A stretch of 32,000 nt of DNA from Copranaerobaculum intestinale (GTDB lineage: Bacteria > Bacillota_I > Bacilli_A > Erysipelotrichales > Erysipelotrichaceae): assembly GCF_009831105.1 (NCBI RefSeq), contig NZ_WUUQ01000004.1, positions 30,001 through 62,000 on the forward strand, read 5' to 3'. The notes beneath the pieces are model-generated. The model saw only the letters and a list, made by a program, of their open reading frames with translations. It ran no database searches and was not told the DNA's origin. Shown piece after piece: positions 18,967 to 27,609 of this stretch; within the stretch, counting starts at the first letter, position 1; every line of letters begins with the position of its first letter. A program made the position numbers and the translations under genes.

Positions 18967-20973
18967 ATGCAGATTATGAGTGAAGCATTTCAGCGAGCAA
19001 TTAGTGCGGATACTCTGCAAACCAGAGCCTATTTGGATTTTGAAGATTTTCGGGTCCAAGACGACGGTGCGCTAACCAGTATTGTGATTCATGATGAATG
19101 CTATGATGGGGAGACAGATACAATTTTCGGAACCTTTATTGGAAGGTATGGAGAAGCAGATATTATTAGTCAGCAGAATCAGATATTTGAAGACAAAGCA
19201 TTTACTCCCTATTTTGGAGTAGTTTTGGATCAAGGAGAGATAAGTTATCTCTCCTATGGCCGAATGCATGTCTACGAATGCACGCGCAAGGAAGATTCAG
19301 GTAAAACAACCTTAAAATTCATTGATGACAGACTGCTGTTCAATCGTATTTTTAATTTTGAAAATCTTACTTATCCCATGACTTGGCGACAGCTGTTAAA
19401 TGAAGCCGCAAAGCAAGCAGGGATACAGTGCAGCGACCAACAGTTTCTGAACGACCGAGAAGTGATAGCTGAACCAGTATTCTTCGGTTTGGATGCAACC
19501 TGTGCTGATGTTGTGAAAGCGATTGCTCAGGCTAGCGGTACCTTTGCGAAAATTACTAGGACCAATCAGTTAGAGCTACGCAAACCTTTGGAGGAATCAA
19601 CTGTCGTATTGCCGCAAAATTACTATACGTTGGAAACCTTTTCAAACTATGGTCCGATTAATTCTTTAGTGCTAGGGCGTGATCCGCAGAATGATAATGT
19701 ATATTTGAAAGATGATGAAGCAATCAAAAGAGATGGTCTTCATGAATTGCGCATTGTCAACAACCCTTTATTGGATGATCGAAGAGAAGCTTTGATTTCT
19801 TCTTTGTATACTGCGCTGAAAGACTTTTCCTATTCTGGATTAACGTGTATGATGCAAGGATTCCCGGCATTTGACTGCGGTGACGCGATTACGATAAAGA
19901 GCCCTGATGATACTTCTAAACAATCTTATGTGTGGAATCATACGCTGTCATTTCAGGGTTCCTTGCTTTCGCAGATTGATGCTCCAACTTTGACTGCAGC
20001 TGAAATAGCTTATGAAGGGGCAACTTCCATTGAAAAAAAGGTTTTAGAAACTGAACTGAAAGTGGATAAGGTAAAAGGGGAAATTACATCAAAAGTTGAG
20101 GAAACTGAACAAAAAATAGAAATTGTTGACGGAAAGTCAGAAGAATATTTTAAAAGCCTTTCCAACAGTATGTCGCAGACAATGGATTCCTTGAATATAA
20201 CGGTATCACAAGTTGAAAAAAATGAAGAAGAGGTCAAATCTCAGCTGAACAGTTTTACCTTATCCTTAGATGGATTAAAAAATCAATTTTCAATGACTGG
20301 CGGAAATAATATCATTGAAGATTCGATGGGGATTTTTGGTACAACTTTTCAGGAAAACCAATCTATTTGGAAAGGTACTTATGCGGTTGACCATTCGACA
20401 GAAGCTAAAAAGCAGAATATTTATGGCTATGCGCTGATGCTGATGAATGATACTTTGGAGCAGCAAATTCAAGTTCCAAATGGTGTTTATACATTTTCTT
20501 TCGGATATCAGAAGCATAAAGAATTAGCTAAAGTAAGCCTAGTTATCGACAACGAGGTAATACCACTGATGAATGATCGCTATACGAAAGTTGAAAAAAC
20601 AATTCAAGTTACAGCGAATGAAATATCTTTGAAATTTGTGTCTGATATCGATCACTCCTGTACAATTTTTAATCTCATGGGTAATCAGGGAGAAGTAGCT
20701 TCTGTATATTGTTTGGCTCCCGGCGAAAGCTGGAATGATTACGTGAAAATTGGCCGCGGAATTGAAATCGGCTCGGATAGTTCTGATGTAACATTTCAGG
20801 CAAATGCTGATACAATCGGATTTAAAAATAAGAGTGGTGAATATATTGCCGTATTTACGGACACCGGTGCAAATATGAAGGAAATCAGCATTGCAAATCG
20901 GACACAGTTATCGGGAATACTCGTTCAAAATATTAATAATCAAACAGTTTTTAACTATATAGGGGTGAAATAA
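18967..20973 (+). CDS. tail-associated (Tal-like) / minor structural protein with a central coiled coil
   Basis: 668 aa. GGAGGT lies 8 nt before ATG 18967. The N-terminal 340 aa resemble the prophage-tail (endopeptidase-tail) fold region by position. A heptad-rich segment ETELKVDKVKGEITSKVEETEQKIE... matches 'phage minor structural protein' architectures. Confidence 0.55.
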   Translation: MQIMSEAFQRAISADTLQTRAYLDFEDFRVQDDGALTSIVIHDECYDGETDTIFGTFIGRYGEADIISQQNQIFEDKAFTPYFGVVLDQGEISYLSYGRMHVYECTRKEDSGKTTLKFIDDRLLFNRIFNFENLTYPMTWRQLLNEAAKQAGIQCSDQQFLNDREVIAEPVFFGLDATCADVVKAIAQASGTFAKITRTNQLELRKPLEESTVVLPQNYYTLETFSNYGPINSLVLGRDPQNDNVYLKDDEAIKRDGLHELRIVNNPLLDDRREALISSLYTALKDFSYSGLTCMMQGFPAFDCGDAITIKSPDDTSKQSYVWNHTLSFQGSLLSQIDAPTLTAAEIAYEGATSIEKKVLETELKVDKVKGEITSKVEETEQKIEIVDGKSEEYFKSLSNSMSQTMDSLNITVSQVEKNEEEVKSQLNSFTLSLDGLKNQFSMTGGNNIIEDSMGIFGTTFQENQSIWKGTYAVDHSTEAKKQNIYGYALMLMNDTLEQQIQVPNGVYTFSFGYQKHKELAKVSLVIDNEVIPLMNDRYTKVEKTIQVTANEISLKFVSDIDHSCTIFNLMGNQGEVASVYCLAPGESWNDYVKIGRGIEIGSDSSDVTFQANADTIGFKNKSGEYIAVFTDTGANMKEISIANRTQLSGILVQNINNQTVFNYIGVK

Positions 20974-22427
20974 TGGCAATTAGTTATCAGGACTTATACG
21001 TAGGCTCACCATCTGGTGACTGGTATTTACGGTTATATTATGATTCGATATCACAGTCGGTAGCAAATAATCAATCAATTCTTAATTTTCATTTAACCCT
21101 CAGGGGAACGAATCCTTATGGATGGGTAGAGTTTGATCGACGGGATGCTTGGATTGGAGGCAATCACTTTAGCATAAATTTCCATCAAGATCCAGTTGAA
21201 CATACCTTAGGTAGTGCTGTCTATACTGTAAATCATGCGGCAAATGGAACAGCTGCATTCCGTGTAGAATTTGGTATTTCCACTTCTTATATGTTGAATG
21301 GTTCCGCAACGATGAATCTTACTCTACCACCAATTCCCCGTGCTTCTGATTTGACATCATTTACAGATTTTAACGTTGAGGATATATTGAAAATCAATGT
21401 TACTAAAAAATACGGCGGTTTTAGAGACGATCTGCAAATTTATTGTGGGGACACGCTTATCAAAACCATCAGTAATTATCAAAATAATACTGTGATACAA
21501 TTTACGGCAACAGAGAAGCAATTGGTTTTTAATTTGATGAAATCAGTAAACAGCACTGCCTTCACCGGTACTGTTACCACATACAATGGAACAACGAAAA
21601 TCGGAAGCTCATCCAGATCAGCAATTGGTACTATTTATAATGCAGCCCCGCTTATCAGTGGATTTACCTGGAAGGCTCTAAATCACTTGGATCTCTGTAG
21701 TGATCAGACAATTATAAAAAATCATACAAAGATAGGAGTAATGCTTACTGCAGCAATTCCCCAAAAGGGGGCGATTCTTCATCACTATCAGATAACCTGC
21801 GGAAGTAAATCCGTATCCTGTACAGCAATCGACAAGGAAGTGCAGTTGGAAAATGTAGATGACTCTTTCATTCGTGTATATGCTGTAGATAGTCGAAGTA
21901 ATGCAACTGAAATTTCATCTGCAGCCATATCTTTTTTAAATTATCAAAAGCCCTATATACAGGAAATAACGATGATTCGCAGTGAAGGCGGCATTGGTCA
22001 TGATGTAACGCTTCATATTAAAGGTAGTATGTGGGCCGATAATTTCGGACTTGTGAATAATCAGTTAACGGCTGCGTACTTCTACAAGGAGCGAAATTCG
22101 AATACATGGATACAGGGAACAACGGCTTTAACGATTGATCAAAAAGATGAATTTACCTGTACCATGAAAATAAAAGGAGATTTAGGTGCAGATGGCTTCA
22201 GTAATAAAAATTTTGATATTCGCATGATCGTTACTGATAAGCTTGATTCTTTTGTAAAAGAAGAAATATTGTCACAGGGAAATCCACATTTGTCAATCCA
22301 CGAAGATGGTGTAGCAATCGGTGGATTTTATGATGAACAAGTGGGAGGAAGTCTGCAGATTTATTCTTCTGCTTTACGTCGTATGATCAGCTCGGACTGG
22401 TTGATTTTTGATGATCCGCAGGCTTGA
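20973..22427 (+). CDS. tail fibre / receptor-binding candidate (DUF859-like N-terminus)
   Basis: 484 aa; the start overlaps the upstream stop (TAATG). The N-terminal pattern (LRLYYDSISQSVANNQSILNFHLTL..) resembles the siphovirus DUF859 family from memory, and the rest is beta-rich. Confidence 0.45.
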   Translation: MAISYQDLYVGSPSGDWYLRLYYDSISQSVANNQSILNFHLTLRGTNPYGWVEFDRRDAWIGGNHFSINFHQDPVEHTLGSAVYTVNHAANGTAAFRVEFGISTSYMLNGSATMNLTLPPIPRASDLTSFTDFNVEDILKINVTKKYGGFRDDLQIYCGDTLIKTISNYQNNTVIQFTATEKQLVFNLMKSVNSTAFTGTVTTYNGTTKIGSSSRSAIGTIYNAAPLISGFTWKALNHLDLCSDQTIIKNHTKIGVMLTAAIPQKGAILHHYQITCGSKSVSCTAIDKEVQLENVDDSFIRVYAVDSRSNATEISSAAISFLNYQKPYIQEITMIRSEGGIGHDVTLHIKGSMWADNFGLVNNQLTAAYFYKERNSNTWIQGTTALTIDQKDEFTCTMKIKGDLGADGFSNKNFDIRMIVTDKLDSFVKEEILSQGNPHLSIHEDGVAIGGFYDEQVGGSLQIYSSALRRMISSDWLIFDDPQA

Positions 22428-22514
22428 TTGTGGAACATAATAGAGTGTATTCACTATCTTCTGCTAAAAGATATGTGAAGCAGTGGATCATGAATAATAA
22501 TGGAGGTATAGACC

Positions 22515-22973
22515 ATGACAATGAAATGTTTAAGCGGAATCCATCCTTGTCCTTATCGTATTGGTGATATTATTTTAACCGATATTGCTGAAAATCCTGC
22601 GGTTATGTATAAGGGAACAAAATGGGAAATGACGTGCGTTGGAAGAGTTCCGGTAGGTATGATGAGTACTGATTCAGACTTTAAGACAATAAATTCCATT
22701 GGCGGATCGAAAACGCAGAATTTAACAGTAAAGAATTTACCTAATGTGACTGGTCGATTAGAATTTCATAATGCGGGGGTTGCTACAAATCTATTTGGAG
22801 CTAGCGGGAGTTTCTCACCTGGTAATCGATGCAGTCGATATGGAAATCTTGCAGGAACTAACGCAGGCGCAATTTCAATTGGTATTGTAAATTTCAGTCT
22901 TGGCGGTGAAAATCTGGCTCATAATAATATGCAGCCTTATCAGGTCAAGTATTTTTGGATTAGAAAATCGTGA
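22515..22973 (+). CDS. phage tail-collar-like tip protein, paralog 1
   Basis: CPYRIGDI...GTKWE...GRVPVG...IGGSKTQNLTVKNLP...HNNMQPYQVKYFWIRK matches the tail-collar pattern (GGS.. / HNN.QPY). RBS ggagg. Confidence 0.6.
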   Translation: MTMKCLSGIHPCPYRIGDIILTDIAENPAVMYKGTKWEMTCVGRVPVGMMSTDSDFKTINSIGGSKTQNLTVKNLPNVTGRLEFHNAGVATNLFGASGSFSPGNRCSRYGNLAGTNAGAISIGIVNFSLGGENLAHNNMQPYQVKYFWIRKS

Positions 22974-23232
22974 TAATGCAAGGATATTTTACTTTCAGTG
23001 TGATATAGAAAATAATGGTTTCATTTAAAATAGTTTTGAAGAAGTTGTTAACTTTTTAATCATATTAAAATAGGAATAATAAAGTAGAGATTCACCATAT
23101 ATGAAAGTTTTACATTCTTGCTAGATTTTAGTGAAATATAAGTATTTTTAATTTTATAGTGCTGCTAGGAACTTTTGAATAAGTTAAATTATTAAGAATT
23201 CAGAAGATTTACTTAAAAAGGAGGATTTCTAT

Positions 23233-23637
23233 ATGATGTATATGATAAATGGAAAGGAAGCGTGCATGTATGCGATTGGTGATTTTGCTTCCTTCCCTGA
23301 AGGAATTGATCCAAATCAGAAATTTTCGGGTACTCACTGGCAGAGAATAAAGGGTCGTATGATCGTCGGAGTAGATGAGAATCAAGATGAATTCAATAGT
23401 GTTAATAAAATCGGAGGAAGCAAGGAGCTCCAGGAACATTCCCATGGTACACCGATTCCTAATTCGGGTGGTCCATATAGTTTCAAGGGATATAGCATAA
23501 ACAGTAATTATGGCGGCTCAGAAAATACAACTTTTAAGACTTGGTGGGCTTTATGGATGACAAGTGTATCTGGAAAGGGTGATAGTGGTAATCTGCCTCC
23601 GTACATCACAAAATTTCTCTGGGAACGGGTTGCTTAA
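23233..23637 (+). CDS. phage tail-collar-like tip protein, paralog 2
   Basis: CMYAIGDF...GTHWQRIKGRMIVG...IGGSKELQEHSHG...LPPYITKFLWERV has the same scaffold as paralog 1 with a divergent middle. Strong RBS aaggagga. Confidence 0.55.
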   Translation: MMYMINGKEACMYAIGDFASFPEGIDPNQKFSGTHWQRIKGRMIVGVDENQDEFNSVNKIGGSKELQEHSHGTPIPNSGGPYSFKGYSINSNYGGSENTTFKTWWALWMTSVSGKGDSGNLPPYITKFLWERVA

Positions 23638-23665
23638 ATGATTGCGGAGCAATCAATAAGATGAT

Positions 23666-23947
23666 ATGGAAGTCATAACTATTACAATCATAAACAGGGA
23701 GTTTGCATGTAAATATGCTATTGATGATGTGGTATCCATTACCAAAGATGATAATCCTAATGATAATAATTACAACACCTCCTGGATTCACCGTATGATT
23801 GTTTGCGGAGATGAAAAACAAGAAGTATTTGATCGGCTAGAAAAAATTGGAGGGAAAAGTATTGACTTTACAAATTTCAAAGAGGGAGATCGATATGTAC
23901 CTTATGTGGTTATTACTGATATAAAGAATCAAATGTTTGGACTATAA
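23666..23947 (+). CDS. short tail-collar-like paralog 3
   Basis: ACKYAIDDV...TSWIHRMIVCG...IGGKSIDF...YVPYVV keeps the N-terminal scaffold but lacks the central segment. The RBS is weak. Confidence 0.4.
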   Translation: MEVITITIINREFACKYAIDDVVSITKDDNPNDNNYNTSWIHRMIVCGDEKQEVFDRLEKIGGKSIDFTNFKEGDRYVPYVVITDIKNQMFGL

Positions 23948-23959
23948 GGGGGTGACAAG

Positions 23960-24151
23960 ATGAAAGTAAAATTATTGAAAATGATGAATGTGAAGAGCAT
24001 TGTGACATTGGTGTTGACACTTGTCTTTGCCTATCTTTCTATCATACAGGTAGTGCAGGAACAACAGTTCATGACAGTATTTACTGTGGTCATTTCATTT
24101 TATTATGGAACACAAAGTATAAAGCGAGCGAATGCATCAGATGAACAGTGA
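23960..24151 (+). CDS. putative holin (two-TM, 63 aa)
   Basis: Two hydrophobic helices (IVTLVLTLVFAYLSII; FMTVFTVVISFYYG), a charged C-terminus KRANASDEQ, a strong RBS aagggggtga, and the last position of the tail operon. Confidence 0.5.
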   Translation: MKVKLLKMMNVKSIVTLVLTLVFAYLSIIQVVQEQQFMTVFTVVISFYYGTQSIKRANASDEQ

Positions 24152-24189
24152 TGTTTTGATTGCAGAGATTGTTGAAATCTATGCTTCTC

Positions 24190-24378
24190 CTACTTAAAAC
24201 CGTCGTCAAGTGCAATGAAGCTATTGTACTTATTATCGATCAAATACTTGAGCCTGTAAGTAGAAACGTATAATAGTATTATCAAAAGCATGGCAATGGT
24301 TGAGAATAATGTGAAATCAGTATAACACAGATTTAATGAATTCATAGAAAAGGTGGAGTCATTCCGCCTTTTTACCAT
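24190..24378 (-). CDS. doubtful small membrane ORF (62 aa)
   Basis: It has one clear TM segment (FTLFSTIAMLLIILLYVSTY). However, the RBS is poor and its first 9 codons are the complement of the plus-strand terminator hairpin. Confidence 0.2.
   Translation of the reverse strand: MVKRRNDSTFSMNSLNLCYTDFTLFSTIAMLLIILLYVSTYRLKYLIDNKYNSFIALDDGFK
24349..24373 (+). terminator. intrinsic terminator candidate ending the tail/holin transcription unit
   Basis: aaaggtgga-gtcat-tccgccttt (9 bp including one G-U) running into five T. Confidence 0.5.
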
Positions 24379-24480
24379 CCTATATCATATGTTAAGAATT
24401 TACGAAAATTCCTGCAATCGTTCATCGGTATTCGTGCTTTTTTTTAAACAGGTTTCGTTATGCTGATATTGGTGATAACA

Positions 24481-24708
24481 ATGAAACTGACAGAATTAAA
24501 ACCAAGGGAAAAAGCGCGAATCACACATCTTGATCTCAGTGAGGAATATCAGCGCCGGCTGCTTCATTTAGGAGTATACAAGGGGTCGGTAATACGTATG
24601 GAACGCCTTGCACCCTTAGGAGATCCATTGGAGTATTTTGTCTGCGGCAATCTCTTGATTCTACGCCGAAGTGATGCGCAGAATATTGAGATTACGCGGG
24701 AGGGGTAA
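24481..24708 (+). CDS. feoA: ferrous iron transport protein A
   Basis: 75 aa with a FeoA/SH3-like pattern (LTELKPREKARITHLDL...LLHLGVYKGSVIRMERLAPLGDPLE). ATG 24481 is preferred over ORF-track ATG 24460 because ggtga lies 5 nt upstream of it. Confidence 0.85.
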   Translation: MKLTELKPREKARITHLDLSEEYQRRLLHLGVYKGSVIRMERLAPLGDPLEYFVCGNLLILRRSDAQNIEITREG

Positions 24709-24711
24709 GAT

Positions 24712-26820
24712 ATGAAGGAATATACGATTGCATTTGTTGGGAATCCCAATGTCGGTAAGAGTGCCTGGATTAATGCGTTGTCTCATGCGGATTTCAAGAT
24801 CGGCAACTGGCCTGGAGTAACAATAGAACGTAAGGAAGCCACAGTGACATGGCAGGATGATTCCTATCACTTGATTGATCTTCCCGGTACATATAGTCTG
24901 GATGACATCACAAATGAAGAAATTATCACATCACAGTTTTTGAAGCAGGAAAAAGTGGATTGTATCGTTAATGTTGTAGATGCAACTAATCTTCAGCGAA
25001 ATCTCTATCTGACGCTCCTTTTGCGGGAACTGCAGGTACCGATGATTCTTTTACTGAATTTTATGGATGAAGCTGATCGCTATCACATTCATATTGAAAT
25101 ACAGAAGCTGTCGCGGCGGCTGCAGATTCCGGTGATTGCGGCCAGTGCTTATGATGCTTCTAAATATGAACATGTTCAACAGGAGATTATCGATCAAAGC
25201 GGAAAAACGGTTTTCTATTATCCGCTTTTACCAGATGTTGATTATGAAAAATATGTAGCACTCTTTCATTACGTGGAACAACATATACCGCATTTTTTAA
25301 AGCTGGAGGATAAACAGATTTGTGACATGATCACGAAAATACGTGAGGGTGATCGTGAAACCGCCCTGCAGTTTCGTACATGGGGAATTGATGAAGAGAA
25401 GCTCAAGCAGAAGCTGGAACCATTCGGTGAAGCAGTAATGAAAGAAAAACGTTATGAGGTAATTCATTCTCTGATGAAATATGTAAAAGAAAATGAAGAC
25501 CTGCGATTGGAAAAAACGCGGCGTATAGATAAACTGCTTCTGCATCGATTTTGGGGGTTGCCGCTGTTCTTTCTTTTATTTTCGTTGCTTTTGCTGTTTG
25601 TTTTTCATGGCAGTGCCCCATTGAATGACTTTATCGATTATACCGTTCATGAATATATCAGCAAGTATGTCTATTTACTGCTGAGCTGGGCACCGAAAGT
25701 GCTTCGAGAACTGGTTGTCAACGGTATCATCGCAGGCGTAGGCGGAGTTCTGGTATTTATTCCGCTGATGGCTTTCTTGTACCTCATGCTTGCGATCTTG
25801 GAGGAAAGCGGATATATGTCGCGGATTGCCTTTTTACTGGACCGGGCGATGCGTAATTTTCACCTCAGCGGTAAAAGCTTTGTTTCTTTACTAATTGGTT
25901 TTGGCTGTAACGTTCCGGCGGTTTATGCAACTCGTACGCTGGATAATGAACGGCAGAAAAAGCTGACCGCAGTTTTGATACCTTTTATGTCATGCGGTGC
26001 GAGGCTGCCGGTCTATGTGCTGTTTGCGGCCGCGTTTTTCAAACAGAAAGCGGGGTTGATGATTGTTACGGTATATGCGATCGGGATTCTTCTGGCCCTG
26101 CTTTTAGCAATGATTTTCAGTCGGTTTCAAACCTTTCAGGATCATGATCTATTTGTCCTGGAACTGCCGCCTTACCGCGTTCCAAAGTTAAAAACAGTTT
26201 TTCATAAGGTCAAGTTGGAGGTAAAGGGTTATATAAAAAAGGCCACGAATGTAGTCTTATGGGCGATGATTTTAATTTGGGTGATTTCATATTTTCCAAA
26301 AGGAAACATCGAAAGCAGTTATATTGCTTCGTTTGGGCGCAGTGCGAGCGTACTATATCAGCCGCTTGGATTTGGCACTCGATGGGAAACGGTGGCATCT
26401 TTACCAGGCAGTGTGATTGCTAAAGAGACCGTGGTTGGATTCTTGGATCAAGTGCTTTTGAAAACTAAAAGTGATGTAACCTATGAGTGGAATTTATGGG
26501 AAGATACTCGTACTCTGGCGGTAAAGCTGGGCAGCGCTGTGAAGGACAGTGCGGTCAATATGGTTACGATTGGCGGTTATGAAAAGCAAAGTGACTCGCT
26601 GGTCCACGCGATATCCGAACTGTGGACAGACCGCCTAGCGAAACTGCGTGCTTTCTGCTTTATGTTATATGTTTTGCTGAGTATCCCATGCGTCATGACG
26701 CTGAATGCAATCTATCGTGAATACGGACGAAAACTACTGCTGATTTCGATATCAACTATGCTGATCGTTCCTTATCTGACAGCCTTTTTCATCTTTCAAA
26801 TTTTTTCTCTTATCCTGTAA
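24712..26820 (+). CDS. feoB: ferrous iron transporter B
   Basis: N-terminal G-domain with G1 GNPNVGKS, G3 DLPGTYSL and G4 NFMD, followed by a polytopic membrane domain with gate motifs. 702 aa. Confidence 0.95.
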   Translation: MKEYTIAFVGNPNVGKSAWINALSHADFKIGNWPGVTIERKEATVTWQDDSYHLIDLPGTYSLDDITNEEIITSQFLKQEKVDCIVNVVDATNLQRNLYLTLLLRELQVPMILLLNFMDEADRYHIHIEIQKLSRRLQIPVIAASAYDASKYEHVQQEIIDQSGKTVFYYPLLPDVDYEKYVALFHYVEQHIPHFLKLEDKQICDMITKIREGDRETALQFRTWGIDEEKLKQKLEPFGEAVMKEKRYEVIHSLMKYVKENEDLRLEKTRRIDKLLLHRFWGLPLFFLLFSLLLLFVFHGSAPLNDFIDYTVHEYISKYVYLLLSWAPKVLRELVVNGIIAGVGGVLVFIPLMAFLYLMLAILEESGYMSRIAFLLDRAMRNFHLSGKSFVSLLIGFGCNVPAVYATRTLDNERQKKLTAVLIPFMSCGARLPVYVLFAAAFFKQKAGLMIVTVYAIGILLALLLAMIFSRFQTFQDHDLFVLELPPYRVPKLKTVFHKVKLEVKGYIKKATNVVLWAMILIWVISYFPKGNIESSYIASFGRSASVLYQPLGFGTRWETVASLPGSVIAKETVVGFLDQVLLKTKSDVTYEWNLWEDTRTLAVKLGSAVKDSAVNMVTIGGYEKQSDSLVHAISELWTDRLAKLRAFCFMLYVLLSIPCVMTLNAIYREYGRKLLLISISTMLIVPYLTAFFIFQIFSLIL

Positions 26821-27106
26821 TCACATCAGAGAATTGCTCCATTATTTCTTTTACAAGCTCCTTAGCTTGCTGTTCGCATTGATCCTGATGATCAGGGTCA
26901 CAACTGAAATGATTTTCCATAATGTGTATTACTTCATGAAAAAAGGTTTTTTGCTGCTGATAGATTGTAAAACGAGAATTGATGATGACATGATAATAAG
27001 CACCGTCGTAATAGCAAAAACCGCGTATCCGGGTGCTGAGCTGATCATTAAAATGAATCAGAATATCATGTTGTGCACAAAAATCCTCAAATCCTATTTC
27101 ATCCAT
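26810..27106 (-). CDS. ImmA/IrrE-family (M78) metallopeptidase, short form
   Basis: HEVIH zinc motif within FFHEVIHIMENH, preceded by YYHVIINSR. It lies immediately downstream of, and co-oriented with, the XRE repressor. Its 3' end overlaps the feoB 3' end by 11 nt. Confidence 0.7.
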   Translation of the reverse strand: MDEIGFEDFCAQHDILIHFNDQLSTRIRGFCYYDGAYYHVIINSRFTIYQQQKTFFHEVIHIMENHFSCDPDHQDQCEQQAKELVKEIMEQFSDVITG

Positions 27107-27115
27107 ATACTACCT

Positions 27116-27553
27116 CTAATCTATGCCTCGTTCTTTGCGGATTCCGCGGATGATTGTCAGCACCATTTCCAAATCAGATGGTTCCAGATCTTTCGCAGAA
27201 TCAAATAAAAGTGCTAGTGTTTCTTTCTCACAGATGTCCTGATACAAAGAAAGTAATTCTGGTTTATCCGACAGAAAATCAATATTATTTTGATGATCAC
27301 CATATATCTTGGGCATACTCATCTTCTGCTGGATATCCTGCATGAGTTCATCATAGCTGATTTCGTATAAATCAGCGAGTTGTCGAATCGTTGATATTTC
27401 CATGCGGTGCATGCCCATTTCATATCGCTGCACCGTTTTTTTGGTTTTGCCTAAACGTTCGGCAACCTGGGCGAGAGAGTAACCCTTAGCCTTGCGAAGC
27501 TGCCGTAGCCGTTTACCCAAGTGTTCATAAATCTGTTTATCATATGTTGACAT
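27116..27553 (-). CDS. XRE-family (ImmR/cI-like) HTH repressor
   Basis: HTH_3 pattern LGKRLRQLRKAKGYSLAQVAERLGKTKKTVQRYEMG plus a roughly 70-aa C-terminal domain. It is divergent from the late-activator gene. Confidence 0.85.
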   Translation of the reverse strand: MSTYDKQIYEHLGKRLRQLRKAKGYSLAQVAERLGKTKKTVQRYEMGMHRMEISTIRQLADLYEISYDELMQDIQQKMSMPKIYGDHQNNIDFLSDKPELLSLYQDICEKETLALLFDSAKDLEPSDLEMVLTIIRGIRKERGID

Positions 27554-27580
27554 ATTTATCCCTCACATCTTTTCCATTTT

Positions 27581-27609
27581 ATTGTAACATTATGTATGTA
27601 CGTATTCAA
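27581..27609 (-). promoter_or_regulatory. xre/immA promoter candidate (TTGAAT-17-TACAAT, minus strand)
   Basis: The -35 TTGAAT is the complement of 27604-27609 and lies inside the left operator arm. After an exact 17-nt spacer, the -10 TACAAT is the complement of 27581-27586. Confidence 0.55.

Noticed and set aside
22515-23947. Diversity-generating retroelement or invertible shufflon acting on the tip paralogs
   Set aside because: The window has no reverse transcriptase or recombinase, and I saw no template/variable repeat pair or inverted repeats flanking the cassettes.
15125-24151. Alternative readings of the tail block: R-type (contractile) tailocin, T6SS/PVC-like injection system, or gene transfer agent
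   Set aside because: There is no sheath, inner-tube/baseplate-J or AAA+ ATPase gene, which rules out contractile systems. There is no capsid, portal or terminase, which rules out a GTA.
24403-24448. T8 tract before feoA as a second terminator
   Set aside because: I found only a 5-bp stem with a loop of about 27 nt upstream of the T-run, so this is not a convincing hairpin.
24460-24495. Possible Fur box at the feoA start (TGATAACAATGAAAC)
   Set aside because: It matches only about 9 of 14 positions of the 7-1-7 TGATAATnATTATCA consensus and lies at or inside the coding start, which is too weak to call.
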